From the NCBI GenBank assembly GCA_017436815.1, contig JAFSCI010000038.1:2655-66654 (forward strand): 64,000 nucleotides of DNA. Reading direction: 5' to 3'. Source of the stretch: Clostridia bacterium. Its GTDB lineage: Bacteria > Bacillota > Clostridia > Oscillospirales > Acutalibacteraceae. Below the pieces are notes generated by a model that saw nothing but the letters and a program-made list of their open reading frames with translations, searched no databases and was not told where the DNA came from. The position numbers and the translations under genes are program-made. This document shows, in pieces, positions 36,836-45,875 of this stretch; the first letter of the stretch is position 1, and every line of letters starts with the position of its first letter.

Positions 36836-37351
36836 CTATTTTAAAAATTTACCTAAATGTTTTGATTTTTTGCAGAATAAATAAAGCGGCAAGCCCAATG
36901 CAAAAATTACTGCACCTTCTCCTATAAAGACCTCTAAAAAGGTAATAGAAAAGAGCGGCAGAAATTCGCCGTCGACCAAAAAAGCAACCTCCAGCCCCAC
37001 AAGTAATGCATTAAACAAAACAGGGAACATAAGACTCAAAATCGGGATTCCTTTTAAGTTTAAATTTTTGCACTTGTTTGTTAAAATGCCTGCAGACAGA
37101 GTGGCCGCGGTGCCAAACAATATATCCCAAAAGCCGAACGGACTTGCCAAGTTGCCCAAAATACAACCAACGCTAAGACCTACAACCGACCAGCCACTAA
37201 AAAGCGGCAAAACGCAAAGCGCTTCAGAGAGTCTGAACTGTATTGCGCCGTAGGCCAGTCCCAAAGCAGACGAAAGGTAGGTCAGCACCGTGTAAAATGC
37301 GGCAATAACTGCGCCTGAACAAAGGCGCTGCAAAGATGTTTTTTTATTCAT
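36836..37351 (-). CDS. queT: QueT-family queuosine-precursor transporter (ECF S-component-like)
   Basis: IQFRLSEALCVLPLF...VGCILGNL...DILFGTAATL matches the QueT pattern. A preQ1-type riboswitch lies upstream. Confidence 0.65.
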   Translation of the reverse strand: MNKKTSLQRLCSGAVIAAFYTVLTYLSSALGLAYGAIQFRLSEALCVLPLFSGWSVVGLSVGCILGNLASPFGFWDILFGTAATLSAGILTNKCKNLNLKGIPILSLMFPVLFNALLVGLEVAFLVDGEFLPLFSITFLEVFIGEGAVIFALGLPLYLFCKKSKHLGKFLK

Positions 37352-37375
37352 TTTTTTCTCCTTTTACGGTAGGAA

Positions 37376-37421
37376 TACCGCTTAGTTTTATTTTTAGTCA
37401 GGATTTTGCGAACTGACTCAA
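37376..37421 (-). promoter_or_regulatory. preQ1-I-like riboswitch
   Basis: The minus strand reads GAGUCAG-UUCGCAAAAUC-CUGACU-AAAAAUAAAACUAAGCGG. This gives a P1 hairpin with a UUC-initiated loop, an A-rich tail, and possible loop CGC to tail GCG pseudoknot pairing. It resembles the B. subtilis queC aptamer AGAGGUUCUAGCUACACCCUCUAUAAAAAACUAA. Confidence 0.6.
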
Positions 37422-37427
37422 AGCTTA

Positions 37428-37868
37428 TCAGTCTTCCGAGCAGGACTCACAGTGGTCGTGGTCACACTCGGTTATTTTGCCAACAATCGGCTCGGGGTCT
37501 ATACCGTTTTTGCGGTAGTAGTCAGACAAAGCCGCTTTAATTGCCTGCTCAGCCAATACCGAGCAGTGAATTTTATGTGCGGGAAGTCCGCCCAGAGCCT
37601 CAACAACCGCCTTGTTGGAAAGTTGTAAAGCTTCGTTCAGTGTGTGACCCTTTATCATTTCGGTGGCAATGGATGAAGTTGCAATTGCCGAGCCGCAGCC
37701 GTAGGTTTTGAACTTAACGTCTACAATAACCGAGTCCTTAACCTTTATATACATTTTCATAATATCGCCACACTTGGCGTTACCAACCTCACCAATGCCG
37801 TCTGCATCGGCAATCTCACCCATATTACGAGGGTTCATAAAATGGTCCATTACTTGTTCTGTGTACAT
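37428..37868 (-). CDS. nifU: Fe-S cluster scaffold protein NifU/IscU
   Basis: Motifs: VMDHFMNPRNMGE...GNAKCGDIM...YGCGSAIATSS...HCSVLA. Confidence 0.9.
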   Translation of the reverse strand: MYTEQVMDHFMNPRNMGEIADADGIGEVGNAKCGDIMKMYIKVKDSVIVDVKFKTYGCGSAIATSSIATEMIKGHTLNEALQLSNKAVVEALGGLPAHKIHCSVLAEQAIKAALSDYYRKNGIDPEPIVGKITECDHDHCESCSED

Positions 37869-38023
37869 TTCTCGTTCTCCTTAAGCAAAGCCGATGGGTT
37901 CGAACCCGATTTTAAAGGTCGAATATTCGACTCTGCATTGTTAAAATATTCGTAAATCTAATGCCTGCGGATGACAACAAGCCAAAAAGCGCCTGAATTA
38001 TGTCGTTATAGGCGAGCTTGAAC

Positions 38024-39205
38024 TCATCCGTTTTGCTTAATTTTCTCCCACAATGGTGACATAACTCTTAGTCTGTCTACTATCGGGTATAACTGTTCTA
38101 CAATGTATTTTGCATCGTCTAAGGTGTTTTCTTCACTGAAAGACAGTCTTAGCGAGCCGTGCGCAATCTCGTGCGGAAGCCCAATGCTTAGCAGCACGTG
38201 GCTTGGGTCTAACGAGCCCGAGGTGCAGGCCGAACCCGATGAAGCCGAAATACCCTTAAAATCAAGCATCAACAAAAGTGATTCGCCCTCAATGCCCTCA
38301 AAGCACATATTTATTGTGCCGGGTATGCGCTTTGTCGGGTGACCGTTTAAACGGCTGCGCTCTATTTTAAGTGCGTTTTCTATTATATAACTGCAAATCT
38401 CACTGGTGATTTTTGTTTTGTTTTCTATGTTATTTACTGCATCTGTTATGGCAGCGCCCAGACCTACGATACCTGCAGTGTTTTCGGTACCTGCTCTTCT
38501 GCCAAACTCCTGCGCGCCGCCGTGAATTAAATTATCGAGCAATATGCCGCGCCTTACGTAAAGTGCGCCAACACCCTTTGGTCCGTGGAACTTGTGGGCC
38601 GAAAGAGAAAGCATATCTATATTATCGTCCACCACGTTAACGGGCACGTTGCCTATTGCCTGAACGGCATCGGTATGGAACAAAATGCCTTTTTCTCTGC
38701 AGATTTTGCCGATTTCGGCTATGGGCTGCAGAGTGCCGATTTCGTTATTTGCGTACATTATTGTAGCAAGACAGGTGTCTTCTCTTATAGCGTCTATAAA
38801 TTCCTCAACCCTTACAACACCGTCTGAGTGAACGTCTAAAAGAGTAACCTCAAAGCCCTGCTTTTTAAGATATTCTAAAGTGTGAAGCACTGCGTGGTGC
38901 TCAAACTTTGTAGATATTATGTGTTTTTTGCCCTTTTTAGCGCCTATATAGGCCGCACTTTTAATGGCCCAGTTGTCTGCCTCGCTGCCGCCCGAGGTAA
39001 AATAAATTTCTCTCGGTTTAGCGCCAAGAGCATTGGCTACCTGTTCTCTGGCGGATTCGACGGCCTGCTTTGATTTAGAGCCTAAATTATAAAGTGATGA
39101 AGCGTTTCCGTATTCTTCGGTTAAATATGGCATCATCTTATCTAAAACCGATTTGGAAAGCTTGGTTGTTGCCGCATTGTCGGCATAAATGAATCTATCC
39201 ATCAA
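38024..39205 (-). CDS. nifS: Cysteine desulfurase NifS (class V aminotransferase)
   Basis: YADNAATT is present, the PLP lysine lies in [10 protein letters not shown], and the active-site loop is SSGSACTS. Confidence 0.9.
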   Translation of the reverse strand: MMDRFIYADNAATTKLSKSVLDKMMPYLTEEYGNASSLYNLGSKSKQAVESAREQVANALGAKPREIYFTSGGSEADNWAIKSAAYIGAKKGKKHIISTKFEHHAVLHTLEYLKKQGFEVTLLDVHSDGVVRVEEFIDAIREDTCLATIMYANNEIGTLQPIAEIGKICREKGILFHTDAVQAIGNVPVNVVDDNIDMLSLSAHKFHGPKGVGALYVRRGILLDNLIHGGAQEFGRRAGTENTAGIVGLGAAITDAVNNIENKTKITSEICSYIIENALKIERSRLNGHPTKRIPGTINMCFEGIEGESLLLMLDFKGISASSGSACTSGSLDPSHVLLSIGLPHEIAHGSLRLSFSEENTLDDAKYIVEQLYPIVDRLRVMSPLWEKIKQNG

Positions 39206-39372
39206 TTTCTCCTAAATACTATGTGTGAGACTTAAGCCGAAAGACATCTAAAAACCGCCCTTTAAGGCTGGTTCAAGTTTAAATGCTTTGGTTAATAAAT
39301 TTTTCAGCCGCGGGTGAAAAAACACCACCCCATATTTTATACCTAAACTAAACTTATTTCAACTGTTTTTAA

Positions 39373-39816
39373 CTAATTTTCGGTCAAATTTTTATAAAAA
39401 TTAACGGCCAAAGTGTCACAACGCTCATTTTCGGGGTGACCTGCGTGTCCTTTTACCCAAACAAACTGCACTTTGTGAATTTCCAAAAGCCCCAGCAATT
39501 CCTCCCAAAGCTCAGGGTTTAGCGCAGGCTTTTTGTCGGCCTTGCGCCAGCCGTTGCTTTGCCAGCTCTTTGCCCAACCGAGCGTTATGGAGTCTACAAC
39601 GTATTTAGAGTCGGTTGTGAGCACAACCTCACACGGCTCTTTCAGTGCTTTAAGCGCGCTAATAACGGCGGTAAGCTCCATACGGTTGTTGGTGGTGTGC
39701 GCCTCTCCGCCGCAAAGCTCTTTTTCTTTGCCGTTATATCTGAGCACTGCGCCCCAACCGCCAGGCCCGGGGTTGCCCGAGCAGGCGCCGTCGGTAAAAA
39801 TTTCTATTTTCTTCAT
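39373..39816 (-). CDS. rnhA: Ribonuclease HI
   Basis: Motifs: [17 protein letters not shown]...[10 protein letters not shown]...TDSKY...[14 protein letters not shown]. Confidence 0.9.
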   Translation of the reverse strand: MKKIEIFTDGACSGNPGPGGWGAVLRYNGKEKELCGGEAHTTNNRMELTAVISALKALKEPCEVVLTTDSKYVVDSITLGWAKSWQSNGWRKADKKPALNPELWEELLGLLEIHKVQFVWVKGHAGHPENERCDTLAVNFYKNLTEN

Positions 39817-39817
39817 A

Positions 39818-40405
39818 CTAATACCTTCTGTAAGAGCCTATTACCTTGCCTAAAATTGAGGGGTTTTCGGGGTAAATGGGCGAGTAGTCGGGGTTTTCGG
39901 GTAAGAATATTATCTGCCCGTTTTTTATAAATAAACGCTTAACAGTGGCTTCGTCGCCATCCATACCAATAACAATATCACCGTTTTTGGCAACTATATC
40001 ACGGTCGGCAATAACAATGTCACCGTCCAAAATGCCTGCGTCACGCATACTTAGTCCCTCTACCCTAAGCGCAAACAAGCCGCCCTTGTTATCGGCAGGG
40101 TAGGTGATGTATTCTTCAATATCCTCAACCGCTAAAATCGGCTGACCCGCAGTTACCCTTCCCAAAACGGGTACCTGGGTAGATGCGCTTTGACCCGCAA
40201 GGGTTATACTGCGTGACGATTTTGAGTTGCGCACAATGTAGCCTTGCTCCTCTAAGCTGTTTAAAACGGCGTGAACCGTAGAGGTTGATTTTATGCCGCA
40301 AGCGGTACAAATTTCTCTGACCGTTGGCGGTACGCCGTCGCCCAAGGTCTGCACCAAATATTTATAAACCAGAGTTTGCTTTTCCAAGGGGGATTTTTTA
40401 CCCAT
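39818..40405 (-). CDS. lexA: LexA repressor
   Basis: An N-terminal winged HTH is followed by an S24 peptidase domain with Ser (GLSMRDAG) and Lys (VKRL). An SOS box lies upstream. Confidence 0.9.
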   Translation of the reverse strand: MGKKSPLEKQTLVYKYLVQTLGDGVPPTVREICTACGIKSTSTVHAVLNSLEEQGYIVRNSKSSRSITLAGQSASTQVPVLGRVTAGQPILAVEDIEEYITYPADNKGGLFALRVEGLSMRDAGILDGDIVIADRDIVAKNGDIVIGMDGDEATVKRLFIKNGQIIFLPENPDYSPIYPENPSILGKVIGSYRRY

Positions 40406-40424
40406 AAAAACGGCCTCCTAAAAA

Positions 40425-40439
40425 AGAACATTTATTCGT
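40425..40439. promoter_or_regulatory. SOS (LexA) box upstream of lexA
   Basis: The minus strand reads ACGAATAAATGTTCT, which fits the Firmicutes CGAAC-N4-GTTCG consensus with one or two deviations. Confidence 0.6.
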
Positions 40440-40494
40440 TTTTATTGTAGCACAGTATACATTATTTTGCAACAAAAATGTGTAAATTTACGTA

Positions 40495-40523
40495 TTGACA
40501 ATAAAATTTTTTCAATATATAAT
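40495..40523 (+). promoter_or_regulatory. Consensus sigma-A promoter
   Basis: TTGACA (40495-500), a 17-nt spacer, then TATAAT (40518-23). Confidence 0.7.
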
Positions 40524-40572
40524 AAACTCAAACTTAACAGTTCGGGACGGCGCGGGGCGCGGTCCCTGGGAA

Positions 40573-40607
40573 AATGCTCCGAGAAAAGTCTTGGGAGCAT
40601 TTTTTTA
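40573..40607 (+). terminator. Intrinsic terminator inside the 5' leader of the GH gene (attenuator)
   Basis: AATGCTCC (40573-80) pairs with GGGAGCATT (40593-601), followed by TTTTTT. It lies between the promoter and the RBS/ATG at 40632. Confidence 0.6.
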
Positions 40608-40631
40608 ATATTAAGGTAAAGGAGATTTTTT

Positions 40632-42539
40632 ATGAACAACAAATTTATTGTGGGCTACAACTATTGGTCAAGTGAAGACGGCATTTATATGTGGAAAAAC
40701 TTTAAAAAAGACTGCATTGAAAAAGATATGCAAATGCTAAAAGACAATAAGGTTAACTGCATTCGTATTTTTCCGCTCTGGCCTGATTTTCAGCCTATAA
40801 AAATGTTTTATAACTATCTTAACTCGCCCTATGAAATTCGTTATACTAATGATGAACCCTTAGACTCCTCGCCCGAGGGTGTGGCAGGCGTAGACAAAGC
40901 TGCGGTAGACAAAATGCAGTTTTTACTCGATACCGCGCACAAAAACGGTATAAAGGTAATAATGGGTCTGCTTACCGGTTGGATGAGCGGCAGACTGTTT
41001 GTTCCCGAGCTTTTAGAGGGCAGAAATTTAATGACCGACCCGCTCGCTTTAAAGTGGGAGATACGTTACGTTCGTTATTTGGTAGAGCGTTTTTGTACAC
41101 ACCCCGCAATATATGCCTGGGGTCTTGGAAACGAATGCAACTGCATAGCCGCTTGCCCTGCCGAGCAGACATACGTCTGGGTACATCTTATTACCTCTAC
41201 CATTCGCCAGTTTGATACAGTAGGTCACGTTGTAATGAACGATTTAGCGCTTGATGCGCCTTATGCTAACGGCTGGTCTATGCCCGAAGAGGCCGAGATT
41301 TTAGACGTTTTGGTAACCCACCCATACAACGTTTTTCAGCCCGATTGTTTGTACGATAAAACAATGTCATTCCGCTCCTTAATGCATATGTCTATGGAAA
41401 CCTGGCTTAACCAGACAATAGGCGGCAAGCCCTCGTTTATAGAAGAGGTTGGCACCATTGGTCCTATGATGGGCGGCGGTGATATTCAGGCTCGTTTTAT
41501 GAACGTAGGTCTGCACGAGTCACTCTCCCGCGGATTTTTAGGCTTTATGCCCTGGTGCGTGTTCGACCAGTATAAATTAGATTATCCGCCGTATGACTGG
41601 AGCCATTTAGAGCGTGAGCTTGGCGCATTCTCGCCCGAGCGTGAGGCAAAACCGCACGGCACCGTTTTAAAGAATTTTGCCGAAATGCTGGAAAAATATA
41701 ATCTTGAGGTTTTAGAGGCTCCAAAGTGCGAGGCGGTAGCAATTTTAAGCCACGGTCAGAATACCTGGCGCACAGCCTACGGCGCATACGCTCTTGCCCG
41801 TCAGATAGATTTTAATTTGCAGTTTACTCTTTCCGAGCAAGACCTGCCCGATGCAAAGCTTTATATGTTGCCCTCTATTAACGGCAACCAGTACGTAACA
41901 TATCAGTACTTTAAAAAGTTACTTCAAAAGGTCGAAAACGGCGCAACCCTTTATATGTCACTTGATGCTAAAAACTTTATGACCGATTTTGAAAACATAA
42001 CGGGTCTTTTTGTCGAGGCGTCTTTAGACCGCCCAAGAACTGCAAAGTTCAGCTTTGGCGGAGAGGAAATTACCCTTTGCAACAACTGGACTTATATAAC
42101 CAAAGCCACCTCGGGCAAGGTTTTAGCGGCTGAAGATAACGGCAACGTTGTTTTAATAGAAAAAGAATACGGCAAGGGCAAAATTATCACCTGCACAATG
42201 CCGATGGAGAGTTTTTTAGGTGGTAAAGCAGACGTGTTAAGCGCCGATGATGCCGATATGTACAACGTAATTTATAAGTATTTAAGTGACGGCTTACTTG
42301 AGCGCAAGGTAGAGAAAACTCAGAGATATCTGCTTAAATCTGAGCACACCTTAAAGGACGGCAGATTTGCGATTATACTTTCTAACCCGAACGACTGGAC
42401 CGTAACCGATAAGCTAACCTTAAAAGATAATCTTACAGTCAGTGACACCACAAATGCCGACTGCATAAAGAATAAGGGCGACGGCTTTATTGATATTGAG
42501 CTAAAATCGGGCGACGGCGCAATTATTTTCTTAAAGTAA
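40632..42539 (+). CDS. Cytoplasmic clan GH-A glycoside hydrolase (GH5/GH42-like) with a C-terminal beta-rich region
   Basis: The acid/base motif is WGLGNECN and the nucleophile candidate is FIEEVG. There is no signal peptide. Confidence 0.6.
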   Translation: MNNKFIVGYNYWSSEDGIYMWKNFKKDCIEKDMQMLKDNKVNCIRIFPLWPDFQPIKMFYNYLNSPYEIRYTNDEPLDSSPEGVAGVDKAAVDKMQFLLDTAHKNGIKVIMGLLTGWMSGRLFVPELLEGRNLMTDPLALKWEIRYVRYLVERFCTHPAIYAWGLGNECNCIAACPAEQTYVWVHLITSTIRQFDTVGHVVMNDLALDAPYANGWSMPEEAEILDVLVTHPYNVFQPDCLYDKTMSFRSLMHMSMETWLNQTIGGKPSFIEEVGTIGPMMGGGDIQARFMNVGLHESLSRGFLGFMPWCVFDQYKLDYPPYDWSHLERELGAFSPEREAKPHGTVLKNFAEMLEKYNLEVLEAPKCEAVAILSHGQNTWRTAYGAYALARQIDFNLQFTLSEQDLPDAKLYMLPSINGNQYVTYQYFKKLLQKVENGATLYMSLDAKNFMTDFENITGLFVEASLDRPRTAKFSFGGEEITLCNNWTYITKATSGKVLAAEDNGNVVLIEKEYGKGKIITCTMPMESFLGGKADVLSADDADMYNVIYKYLSDGLLERKVEKTQRYLLKSEHTLKDGRFAIILSNPNDWTVTDKLTLKDNLTVSDTTNADCIKNKGDGFIDIELKSGDGAIIFLK

Positions 42540-42556
42540 GTTTAATAAATATAGTA

Positions 42557-42590
42557 AAACCCGACTCATCAGAGTCGGGTTTTAGTTTTG
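42557..42590. terminator. Bidirectional terminator
   Basis: AAACCCGACTC pairs with GAGTCGGGTTT, followed by TAGTTTT. Confidence 0.75.
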
Positions 42591-42596
42591 CAAATT

Positions 42597-43289
42597 TTAC
42601 TGATAAACAAGCTTTCTTATATCATCGTAATTTCTTACAACGTAGGTCGGCACTATTCCGTCAGATGAGTCGGGCTTGCCGAATGGGTTAAACAGGCAGG
42701 TATCAAGACCTGCGTTTATACCGCCTAAAATGTCGCTCGTAAGCGAATCGCCGATAATAAGCACCTTGGATTTGTCGGTTTCGTTAATCTGGCTCAGTAC
42801 CGCATCGAAATACTCTTTTTTAGGCTTTTGGGTGCCCATTTGCTCAGAAATAAAGAGCTTTAAAAAGTAATTTTCAACGCCCGATTCTTTAAGGCGTCTT
42901 TTTTGAATATGCTCGGCTCCGTTGGTTACAAGGTATAAATCAAAATCGGCCTTTAACTGCTCTAAAAGATTGAATGCGCCGTCAAACACAATATGCTCAA
43001 GGCTTAAGTTATTTTCATAAGCGGCGGCTGCTGCGCTTGGGGCAAGGTCAAACTTTTGGCTTTCCACAAAGCGCTCAAACCTTAGCCTTAACACGTCGGG
43101 CTTGGTGATTTCGCCTCTTTCAAACTGCTTCCAGCAGTTTTCGTTTATGTCACTGTAGATTTTTACTTGTTCTTCGCTGATTTTAATACCTAACTCCAAA
43201 AATGCCTTTTTTAGCGCTGCGTGTTCTGCGGCGGTAAAGTCCATTATGGTGTTGTCGTTATCAAAAAGAAGGGTTGTGTATTTTCTCAT
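42597..43289 (-). CDS. HAD-IA family hydrolase (YjjG-like nucleotidase)
   Basis: Motifs: LLFDNDNT (DxDxT), VTNG, and IGDSLTSDILGG. Confidence 0.75.
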   Translation of the reverse strand: MRKYTTLLFDNDNTIMDFTAAEHAALKKAFLELGIKISEEQVKIYSDINENCWKQFERGEITKPDVLRLRFERFVESQKFDLAPSAAAAAYENNLSLEHIVFDGAFNLLEQLKADFDLYLVTNGAEHIQKRRLKESGVENYFLKLFISEQMGTQKPKKEYFDAVLSQINETDKSKVLIIGDSLTSDILGGINAGLDTCLFNPFGKPDSSDGIVPTYVVRNYDDIRKLVYQ

Positions 43290-44152
43290 AATTTTTTTGC
43301 AATCTCTTTTAAATATTCTTTAAATTCTTGGCCGATTTCCTTGTGAGAAAGGGCTACCTCAACAGAGGCTTTCATCATACCGAGCTTATTGCCCATATCG
43401 TAACGCGTGCCGGAAAAATCTACGCCAATCATACCGTCTTTTAAGGTCTTTGTGCGCATAGCGTCGGTGAGCTGTAATTCGCCGCCCGCACCTAGAGGAG
43501 TGTTCTCTAAAATACCGAAAATATCGCTCGTTAAAACACAGCGGCCGAGTATGGCAAAGAGCGATAAAATCTCCGACTCCTTAGGCTTTTCTATCATATC
43601 CAAAACGTTATAGGTCGTGTCGTCTATTTTTTCTACCGCAAGTGAGCAGTATTTTAAAACCTGCTCTTTTGTAACCTCTTTTATACCTACAACGCATTTG
43701 GAGTATTGCTCGTATGCGTCAATAAGCTCTTTAATTGCGGGTGTTTCACCCACAATAACGTCATCACCGTACAAAACCGCAAAGGGATCATTACCTACAA
43801 ACTCCTTGGCTCTAAGTACTGCATCCCCCAGACCTCTGGTTTCCTTCTGGCGAATATAATAAATATTTGCCATTTCGGGAATACCTATAAGCTCGTCTAA
43901 AATCTCACTCTTGCCCGATTTTGCAAGGGCGGCCTCAAGCTCAAAGGAGTGGTCAAAATAATCCTCAATAACACCTTTGCCGCGGTTTGTGATAATTAAA
44001 ATATCGGTAATGCCGGCTTTTACTGCCTCCTCTACGATGTAGTGAATGGCGGGCTTGTCTACAATATTGAGCATTTCCTTAGGTACCGATTTTGATGCGG
44101 GTAAAACCCTTGTACCAAGTCCTGCCGCAGGAATAATTGCCTTCTTTATCAT
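43286..44152 (-). CDS. galU: UTP--glucose-1-phosphate uridylyltransferase
   Basis: AIIPAAGLGTRVLPASKSVPKEMLNIVDKP is the canonical GalU N-terminus. Confidence 0.9.
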   Translation of the reverse strand: MIKKAIIPAAGLGTRVLPASKSVPKEMLNIVDKPAIHYIVEEAVKAGITDILIITNRGKGVIEDYFDHSFELEAALAKSGKSEILDELIGIPEMANIYYIRQKETRGLGDAVLRAKEFVGNDPFAVLYGDDVIVGETPAIKELIDAYEQYSKCVVGIKEVTKEQVLKYCSLAVEKIDDTTYNVLDMIEKPKESEILSLFAILGRCVLTSDIFGILENTPLGAGGELQLTDAMRTKTLKDGMIGVDFSGTRYDMGNKLGMMKASVEVALSHKEIGQEFKEYLKEIAKKL

Positions 44153-44173
44153 AAAAATCCCTCTCTTTTTACC

Positions 44174-45046
44174 CTAAAGAATAAACATACTTATAATTAC
44201 AGGTATATATTGCAAAGCTATCATACAGCCAAGCGCTGCCCACATATTAACACCGCCTGCTTGTCTTAATTGGGCTGCGGAAAACTCAAAATCCTCACGC
44301 TCTTTGAGCGTTTTCAGTTTGCCGAATACGTGCGAATAATATAATTTATCGCCAAACAGTCCGCACAAAATTCTTACCGCAGCATCTATAAGAGTGCCGA
44401 GCATTGCGCTTAAGAAAACAGGTATGCTCGATAAATCAAAGCTCAGCATCATATTGTTGAGTAAGGTGTAATAGCTGCCGTCAGAATTTGCCATCATATC
44501 GTTAAGCTCGGCCGAAAACGGAATGGACAATACGGTCGATGCAACACATACAATCAAAGCCAAAAAGCCGCTTTTGTACTGCTTGCGCAAAAACAGCCAG
44601 GGGGCAGGGAATAAAAATGCAAGCCAGTTCCACGAAACCTTTGCGCCCTTAGAAAAGTCCAAAAACTTTTTTATATATCTTATGGGGTTTACAAAAATAA
44701 AACTCATAACGTCGCGTATTGTAAACGAGTTTATTGTGTCGTCTAAATTTATAGACGGGTCAATATTTGGCATATTTATATTTATTCTTGTAAAGGGAGT
44801 ATCGCCCTGTTCTTCGTTTTGCTCGAATACTTTGTAATCAGAAACAGGCTCCTCGGGCTCTTGCAGTTTCGGCTCGGGCTTTTTATATTGCTCGTCGGTG
44901 CCGTGTTTGGACTGTAGCGCGCACTGACCTGTTTTAAAATAGCACTCTCTGTGATGCGGAGCGCCGCATTCGGGGCAATATACAACGTCATCATCCTCAA
45001 AAAGATAAGCGTTGCAAAAAACACATTGTTTATCAGCGTTGTTCAT
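44174..45046 (-). CDS. Zinc-ribbon/PHD-like N-terminus fused to a membrane domain (hypothetical)
   Basis: CVFCNAYL...YCPECGAPHHRECY is followed by several TM helices. Confidence 0.5.
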   Translation of the reverse strand: MNNADKQCVFCNAYLFEDDDVVYCPECGAPHHRECYFKTGQCALQSKHGTDEQYKKPEPKLQEPEEPVSDYKVFEQNEEQGDTPFTRININMPNIDPSINLDDTINSFTIRDVMSFIFVNPIRYIKKFLDFSKGAKVSWNWLAFLFPAPWLFLRKQYKSGFLALIVCVASTVLSIPFSAELNDMMANSDGSYYTLLNNMMLSFDLSSIPVFLSAMLGTLIDAAVRILCGLFGDKLYYSHVFGKLKTLKEREDFEFSAAQLRQAGGVNMWAALGCMIALQYIPVIISMFIL

Positions 45047-45578
45047 AAGAATAATCTTCTTTCATAAATCTGTCGGCCGCAGAAAAAACGACGTCAAAAT
45101 ATTCGTTACCGTAGTTGTGGTACTGCTTTTTGTCTATCATATTGCGCAGCTCCTTTTTACTGACCCATTTTACTGCCGAAACCTCTTCTGTCTGCAGCTT
45201 CAAGCTTCCAACAGTAACTCTGGCCTTAATAAACCAAATATCAACAAAAGAATTTTTGCGCTTTATTCTTGCCATATGGCGCAGGGTGTCTTTGTTAGAG
45301 GTAATTGAAAGCTCCTCGTAAAGCTCTCTTGCGGCGGCGGTGTAAGAATCCTCACCCGCAATTGCCGCGCCGCCCGTAGCGGCCCATTCACCCGGCATAA
45401 GCTTTTTTGTGTTGGAACGACGCTGAATAAGATAATTGCCGTCGTTCGATAATATCCATATATGCACAACCAGATGATACTCACCGCTGCGCAGTATAGA
45501 ACCGCCTCTTACAACGGTGCGGCCGGTGAGCTTTCCGGTTGAGTCCATAACGTCCCATTTTTCCATAGTTTTGAGCAT
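45033..45578 (-). CDS. NUDIX hydrolase
   Basis: The Nudix box is GGAAIAGEDSYTAAARELYEELSI. Confidence 0.8.
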   Translation of the reverse strand: MLKTMEKWDVMDSTGKLTGRTVVRGGSILRSGEYHLVVHIWILSNDGNYLIQRRSNTKKLMPGEWAATGGAAIAGEDSYTAAARELYEELSITSNKDTLRHMARIKRKNSFVDIWFIKARVTVGSLKLQTEEVSAVKWVSKKELRNMIDKKQYHNYGNEYFDVVFSAADRFMKEDYSYEQR

Positions 45579-45659
45579 CTGCCTTTTGTTTTAAGTTACA
45601 ATTCCTAATAAGTATACCAAAATTATTGTTAATTTACAATAGTAATTTGAAATTTGGAC

Positions 45660-45688
45660 TTGTAAAAAGCAATAATATATATTATACT
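45660..45688 (+). promoter_or_regulatory. Promoter of the SRP RNA gene
   Basis: TTGTAA (45660-65), a 17-nt spacer, then TATACT (45683-88). Confidence 0.5.
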
Positions 45689-45695
45689 ATATAAG

Positions 45696-45845
45696 AACAA
45701 GTGCATCGGAATGTGCGAATGGGCGGGTCCTGTGCGATGGGATGCTGTGAACCATGTCAGGCGGGGAACCGAGCAGCATTAAGCGGTTTTTCCTATGCGC
45801 CGCAGTAAATCGGCTCATTCGTGCATTCGGGTGTATTTGTTTTTT
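45696..45845 (+). ncRNA. ffs: Signal recognition particle RNA (small/4.5S-like type)
   Basis: The domain IV motif is CAUGUCAGGCGGGGAACCGAGCAGCAUUAAG, with a GGAA tetraloop and flanking AGG/AGCA loops. The 5' arm (45701-) pairs over a long stretch with the 3' arm (-45833), and a T-run follows. The position immediately upstream of dnaX is conserved in Firmicutes. Confidence 0.65.
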
Positions 45846-45875
45846 TATTTTGATTTTGTGTAAGGTGGTGTAGTG

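Noticed and set aside
37890-37912. A tRNA T-arm-like sequence, GGGTTCGAACCC.
   Set aside because: No acceptor stem, D-arm or anticodon arm can be built around it. It is a simple palindrome, reported as such in the findings.
39533-39930. Plus-strand ORFs 39533-39853 and 39559-39930.
   Set aside because: They are antisense shadows of rnhA and lexA, which both carry unambiguous catalytic motifs.
40545-40567. The GC-rich leader hairpin containing GGGACGG, considered as a guanidine-II (mini-ykkC) or guanidine-III motif.
   Set aside because: It lacks the paired ACGR-tetraloop hairpins of mini-ykkC and the conserved guanidine-III pseudoknot sequence. The downstream gene is a glycoside hydrolase, not a guanidine exporter or carboxylase.
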